Shown here: positions 20,666 to 25,339 of the stretch, piece after piece | How positions within the stretch are numbered: position 1 is the stretch's first letter | Layout: each line of letters begins with the position of its first letter | Notes under the pieces: model-generated | Database searches by the model: none | Seen by the model: the letters and a program-made list of their open reading frames with translations, nothing else | Told to the model about the DNA's origin: nothing | From: Octopus sinensis | Lineage: Eukaryota | Direction of reading: 5' to 3' | NCBI RefSeq assembly: GCF_006345805.1 | Contig: NW_021836104.1 | Span: 1 to 25,339, forward strand | DNA: 25,339 bases | Made by a program: the position numbers and the translations under genes

Positions 20666-20830
20666 TACGACGGGCTTCTTTCAGTTTCCGTCTACAAAAT
20701 CCACTCATAAGGCTTTGGTCGGCCCGAGGCTATAGTAGAAGACACTTGCCCAAGGTGCCACGCAGTGGGACTGAACCCGGAACCATGTGGTTGGTAAACA
20801 AGCTACTTACCACACAGCCACTCCTGCGCC
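20351..20830 (-). mobile_element. SINE family A, full length, long internal (TA)n
   Basis: Reverse complement of the 24680 copy with diagnostic differences (caaagcc, ctactatagcctcgg). Confidence 0.95.
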
Positions 20831-21225
20831 AAATTATAGTAGGCTTAATAAAATAAGTATTATTCTCTAAATTCATTCTGCCACAAATATAACACAAGGG
20901 AACGATGTAATCATTTTGGTTTCTAGCACTGAGATAAATTTGCTTAAAATGGTGTATCCTTCATGTTGAGAATCTATATGGCCATCTACATTTGAGGAGA
21001 GTGGTTTCTTTCAAATTGATGTAATGTTATCGTTGATCGATTAAATGGAGTCGCTCGAAACGGCCGTAATGCATCGATGTCTGGATATCCTTGTTACTTA
21101 TTTACATGTTTTCACCTGACTTCGAGCTGCGCGCACTATACCGAACTGGCTTTGTGCCTCAATTGATGTGCCTAATTCAAGTGAATCTTAATTATATATA
21201 TGCATATATATTAGAGAGGGCAAGC

Positions 21226-21263
<38 letters not shown>

Positions 21264-21331
21264 GAGTGGGAGAGATAGATAGATGGATAGATAGATAGCC
21301 AAAAAGATAGAGCTGGTTATAAATATATGTA

Positions 21332-21725
21332 GAGTGGCTGTGTGGTAAGTAGCTTGCTAACAAACCACATCGTTCCGGGTTCAGTCCCACTGAGTGGAAT
21401 CTTGGGCAAGTGTCTTCTGCTATAGCCCCGGCCGACCAATGCCTGAAAGAAGCCTGTCGTATATATGTATATATATATATATATATGTGAGTGTGTGTGT
21501 GTTTGTGTGTCTGTGTTTGTCCCCCTAGCATTGCTTGACAACCGATGCTGGTGTGTTTACGTCCCCGTCACTTAGCGTTTCGGCAAAAGAGACCGATAGA
21601 ATAAGTATTGGGCTTACAAAGAATAAGTCCCGGGGTCGATTTGCTCGACTAAAAGGCGGTGCTCCAGCATGGCCGCAGTCAAATGACTGAAACAAGTAAA
21701 AGAGTAAAAAGAGTAAAAGAGAGTA
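21332..21725 (+). mobile_element. SINE family A with a 27-bp internal deletion
   Basis: aatgcct^gaaagaag lacks tgtgagtggatttggtagacggaaact; tail (GAGTAAAA)n. Confidence 0.95.
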
Positions 21726-22184
21726 TATAAATTTGCACACACACACCCATATACATACATTCTTATGCACCAAATAGGAAGACTCTACACTGATATGCAA
21801 CTAGCTAGACTGAATAATGATAACGATTGCATCTCAAGCGATAGAATATCCTTCTGATCATATGTGAGCTGTTAATCAACATGAACAGCCCGAACAGCCA
21901 TATAAAATCGAAGACGAATTCCTCGTTAACTGTTCATGTTAGACAGCAATTGTGATATCTAAATACCGAAGTATCAAAACAAGACGATATTTATCGTGTT
22001 GATTTATATGTGATCTTTCTTGATATAATATTTCTTTCTCTCGTTTGAATCTAGTTTCAGTTTTTACATAAGTGGACCACAATCATTTTGGTCCGTGGCC
22101 ATTGTACACAGCTACCTATCAAATAGCAGTGTACACAGAGATTATAGATCACCATTACTTTTAGCTTTGATTGCTGTGGAAACT

Positions 22185-22275
22185 GTGATGTAGGTGGTAA
22201 TGGTAGCGTTGGTTGTACTGATGATGGTAATGATGGTGGTGGTGGTTGTGTTGGTGGTGATGGTACTGCTCTGCA
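22185..22275. repeat. Degenerate (GGT/GAT)n tract
   Basis: Direct inspection. Confidence 0.7.
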
Positions 22276-23840
22276 GCTGTTCCTGCTGGTATTATAGCTA
22301 TTTTAAGTAGTTTACAATCTCACTATCAATCACGTAGACTCCAGACAATTTATATTTACTGCTGCCAGTTCCCTCTCGACTGTTATGTCATTATTACTAT
22401 TGTTATTTTTGTTTTGTTTCCGTGAAAGAAATAATTATTTTGTTATTATTATTTTTATTAACAGATCTACACAAAATTTATTGTCGTTTACATACGTAAA
22501 ACACAGCCAATTTTCACGAAACAAAAGCTAAAATAAGCAAATATTTCTTCATTGTTGCAATAAAAAAGTTACGTACTCACAACTTAGTTTGACCTATGGG
22601 GTAAACAGAACAGGACGTCAAAAGTGGCGCCTGTTATTTTGTTATGTTTCTTCTAAAAGTCAAGAAAGAAACATAGAGTCCATAATCGTTTTCAGTTTCT
22701 CCTTGATTGGGGATTGATAACAGCAGTGGAGTATCTACAAATAAAGCACACTCCAAGTAAAATAGTTGTGATTAGACTGTGCAATTACACTTTATAAATT
22801 TTGAATAAGTCGGATGCTTTTGAGACACGTTTCGAGCAAAGACCGACTCCAGGGAAAGAAAGATACAGAAAGCCCTTATGATAGCATTAACTACATTTAT
22901 TTAATACGTGAGCGACAAAAGAGATAAATTAGGGCAATGCTAAAATATATTGGGTGAAGTTATTATTATTATTTGTAACTAGTCAAATATGATCGAGTAG
23001 CTATCAAACAAAATTCATTCTCACTACACCGTATATATTTGTCACTAATTCACAGGATAATGTGCTTTAAGGATTTATGGTATGATTTTGTGGTTAAATA
23101 ACCTTCCAAACGACTGCTTAACGGCAGCAATTTTTGCATGTGGTGGAAAAACAGTGCATTTATACTCGGCTTAGCATTTTACTGCGATGCTAAAATATCA
23201 AACTGCAGAGAGAGTTGGGATATTATAGGAAAAGTATTACACATTTTTGTTTATATTCAATAATATAAATGTTGATAGGATGCAGGTTAGCTAAGTGAAC
23301 GTTGGGTCCATGAATATGATATCATTGTCTGTGAAAACTGGCGGAATTCTAAAGTTACGTTCGTATATTAATTGTTAGTGTCTAATATGTTTAAATTATT
23401 TGAAGTTTCTTTCTGGGCAATCATCAGAAAATGAATGAACGCAGTGCTAATGGGTTTACCTGTATTGTTCAATCTAGTAAGACCGCCTTTTTGTAAACGT
23501 CTTATTCATTCGGTCATGTAATGTAACCAGGCTTTAATTCGCTGGTGCAATTTATCAATGACAATCTATCTTTTTACGCCATTTCGGAACTACCTTTATA
23601 CAGCTACTTTATCACATGACACTACCATTTAGCGAACTGCCAAAAGAATATCGCTCTATCCACGCCGTTACCTAAATAGTCAACATATTACTCATTTGAG
23701 AGAGGAGGTAATGATTTCCGAAGTTGTTCTCCAAAACAACAAAGAATATTACAATTCCCTCATACATTGCAGCAATTATATAACTTCAATTTGTTGGAAA
23801 ATATTTTCAGTAATCAACTGTTTGTTTCATAAAGACATAT

Positions 23841-24225
23841 GGAAGCACTCCGTCGGTTACGACGACGAGGGTTCCGGTTGATCCGAATCAACGGAACAGC
23901 CTGCTCGTGAAATTAACGTGTAAGTGGCTGAGCACTCCACAGACACATGTACCCTTAACGTAGTTCTCGGGGATATTCAGCGTGACACAGAGAGTGACAA
24001 GGCCGGACCTTTGAAATACAAGGTACAACAGAAACAGGAAGTAAGAGTGAGAGAAAGTTGTGGTGAAAGAGTACAGCAGGGATCACCACCATCCCCTGCC
24101 GGATCCTCGTGAGCTTTAGGTGTTTTCCGCTCAATAAACACTCACAACACCCGGTCTGGGAATCGAAACCGCGATCCTATGACCGCGAGTCCGCTGCCCT
24201 AACCACTGGGCCATTGCGCCTCCAC
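23841..24225 (-). mobile_element. Full-length tRNA-derived SINE family D with TSD
   Basis: Minus-strand head ggaggcgcaatggcccagtggttagggcagcggactcgcggtc...gtttcgattccc (A and B boxes); 11-bp TSD ataaa(g/a)acata at 23829-23839 and 24227-24237. Confidence 0.92.
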
Positions 24226-24679
24226 TATAAAAACATAACGCTTCTGTTCTTCAATTAAAAATCAGAGACACTGTATCGGCAGCATATTCAGAATTTTACT
24301 GACGTTTTTAATACATTCGATGTGACATTTGATGTTGACTAATAACAATAATCTGTCATACTTATTGTTGACTGGAAAATATTTGCCTTAATAAAGCTAA
24401 GCCATATTTAGTGTTTCGCAAAGTTTTTTATTTCCGAATCTCTATGTGGTAGGTATATACTGGTCTTATAGACAATTAAGGTAATATTGTAAAAGATTAG
24501 CTTTGGTTATATTGCCGGTGATTATCGTGCACTATATAAGTAATTTCCATATTAATCTAATTTATCACAATCTGTATTCACACGTACAAACACTTATATG
24601 TATGAAAGTGTATATATATTATACGCATGTATATGCATAAATATATATAAATACACACACATACATAAAAATAGATATA

Positions 24680-25094
24680 GGCGCAGGAGTGGCTGTGTGG
24701 TAAGTAGCTTGCTAACAAACCTCATGGTTCCGGGTTCAGTCCCACTGCGTGGCATCTTGGGCAAGTGTCTTCTGCTATAGCCCCGGGCCGACCAATGCCT
24801 TGTGAGTGGATTTGGTAGACGGAAACTGAAAGAAGCCTGTCGTATATATGTATATATATGTATGTGTGTGTGTTTATGTGTCTGTGTTTGTTTCCCTAGC
24901 ATTGCTTGACAACCGATGCTGGTGTGTTTACGTCCCCGTTACTTAGCGGTTCGGCAAAAAGAGACCGATAGAATAAGTACTGGGCTTACAAAAAGAATAA
25001 GTTCCGGGGTCGAGTTACTCGATTAAAGGCGGTGCTCCAGCATGGCCGCAGTCAAATGACTGAAACAAGTAAAAGAGTAAAAGAGTAAAGAGTA
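24680..25094 (+). mobile_element. SINE family A, full length
   Basis: ggcgcaggagtggctgtgtggtaag...ggttcagtccc...cttgggcaagtgtctt...(TA)(TG)...ggcggtgctccagcatggccgcagtc...(GAGTAAAA)n. Confidence 0.95.
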
Positions 25095-25291
25095 TGTATC
25101 TATATATATATTTGTACATATACATGTATACACACGTAAACATTTAAATATAAGTGAGGGTTTATGCGAATGCTCAACACTTATATGCACCTCACTCTCA
25201 ATGTGTGCATAACTTCTGAATGTGTGTAGGAAAGTATGTCTTTGTACAACTCACACTAAGTGTAAACCTGAATACCTGATTAGTGTATACA

Positions 25292-25339
25292 ATCTTTTAT
25301 CTTTTTATCTTGTTTCAATCATTTGGCTGCGGCCATGCT
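25292..25339 (-). mobile_element. 3' end of a SINE family A variant (AAAAGAT tail), cut by the window edge
   Basis: atcttttatctttttatcttgtttcaatcatttggctgcggccatgct. Confidence 0.85.

Noticed and set aside
24150-24225. tRNA gene
   Set aside because: It is the head of SINE family D, with body, tail and TSD; no proper acceptor stem seen.

Overview
Eukaryotic, AT-rich, microsatellite- and transposon-saturated DNA. The SINE families look like those typical of Octopus (cephalopod) genomes; this is inferred from memory of the families, not from a search. None of the supplied ORFs is a credible intact gene. (1) Main hidden structure: a heavily decayed, intron-containing class C GPCR (GABA-B-receptor-like) pseudogene on the + strand. 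Its Venus-flytrap and TM1-TM7 fragments lie in correct order at about 150-905, 13690-13880, 14181-14299, 17920-18250, 18533-18555, 18662-18771 and 19204-19440. It has many stops and frameshifts but retains several splice sites. (2) Penelope-like element (PLE) biology: a Naiad-type GIY-YIG remnant joined head-to-head to a different pLTR inside a (TA)n tract; a Neptune-like RT+EN remnant; three minimal type-I hammerhead ribozymes (one with a compensatory G3:C8 core); and a tRNA-headed SINE carrying a hammerhead that replaced part of the PLE RT. (3) A DD37D maT transposon, a second Tc1/mariner end, a CR1-type LINE remnant, an (AAT)n-associated retroposon, and about 12 tRNA-derived SINE copies from three other families. 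All protein comparisons were made by eye against sequences recalled from memory and need computational confirmation.
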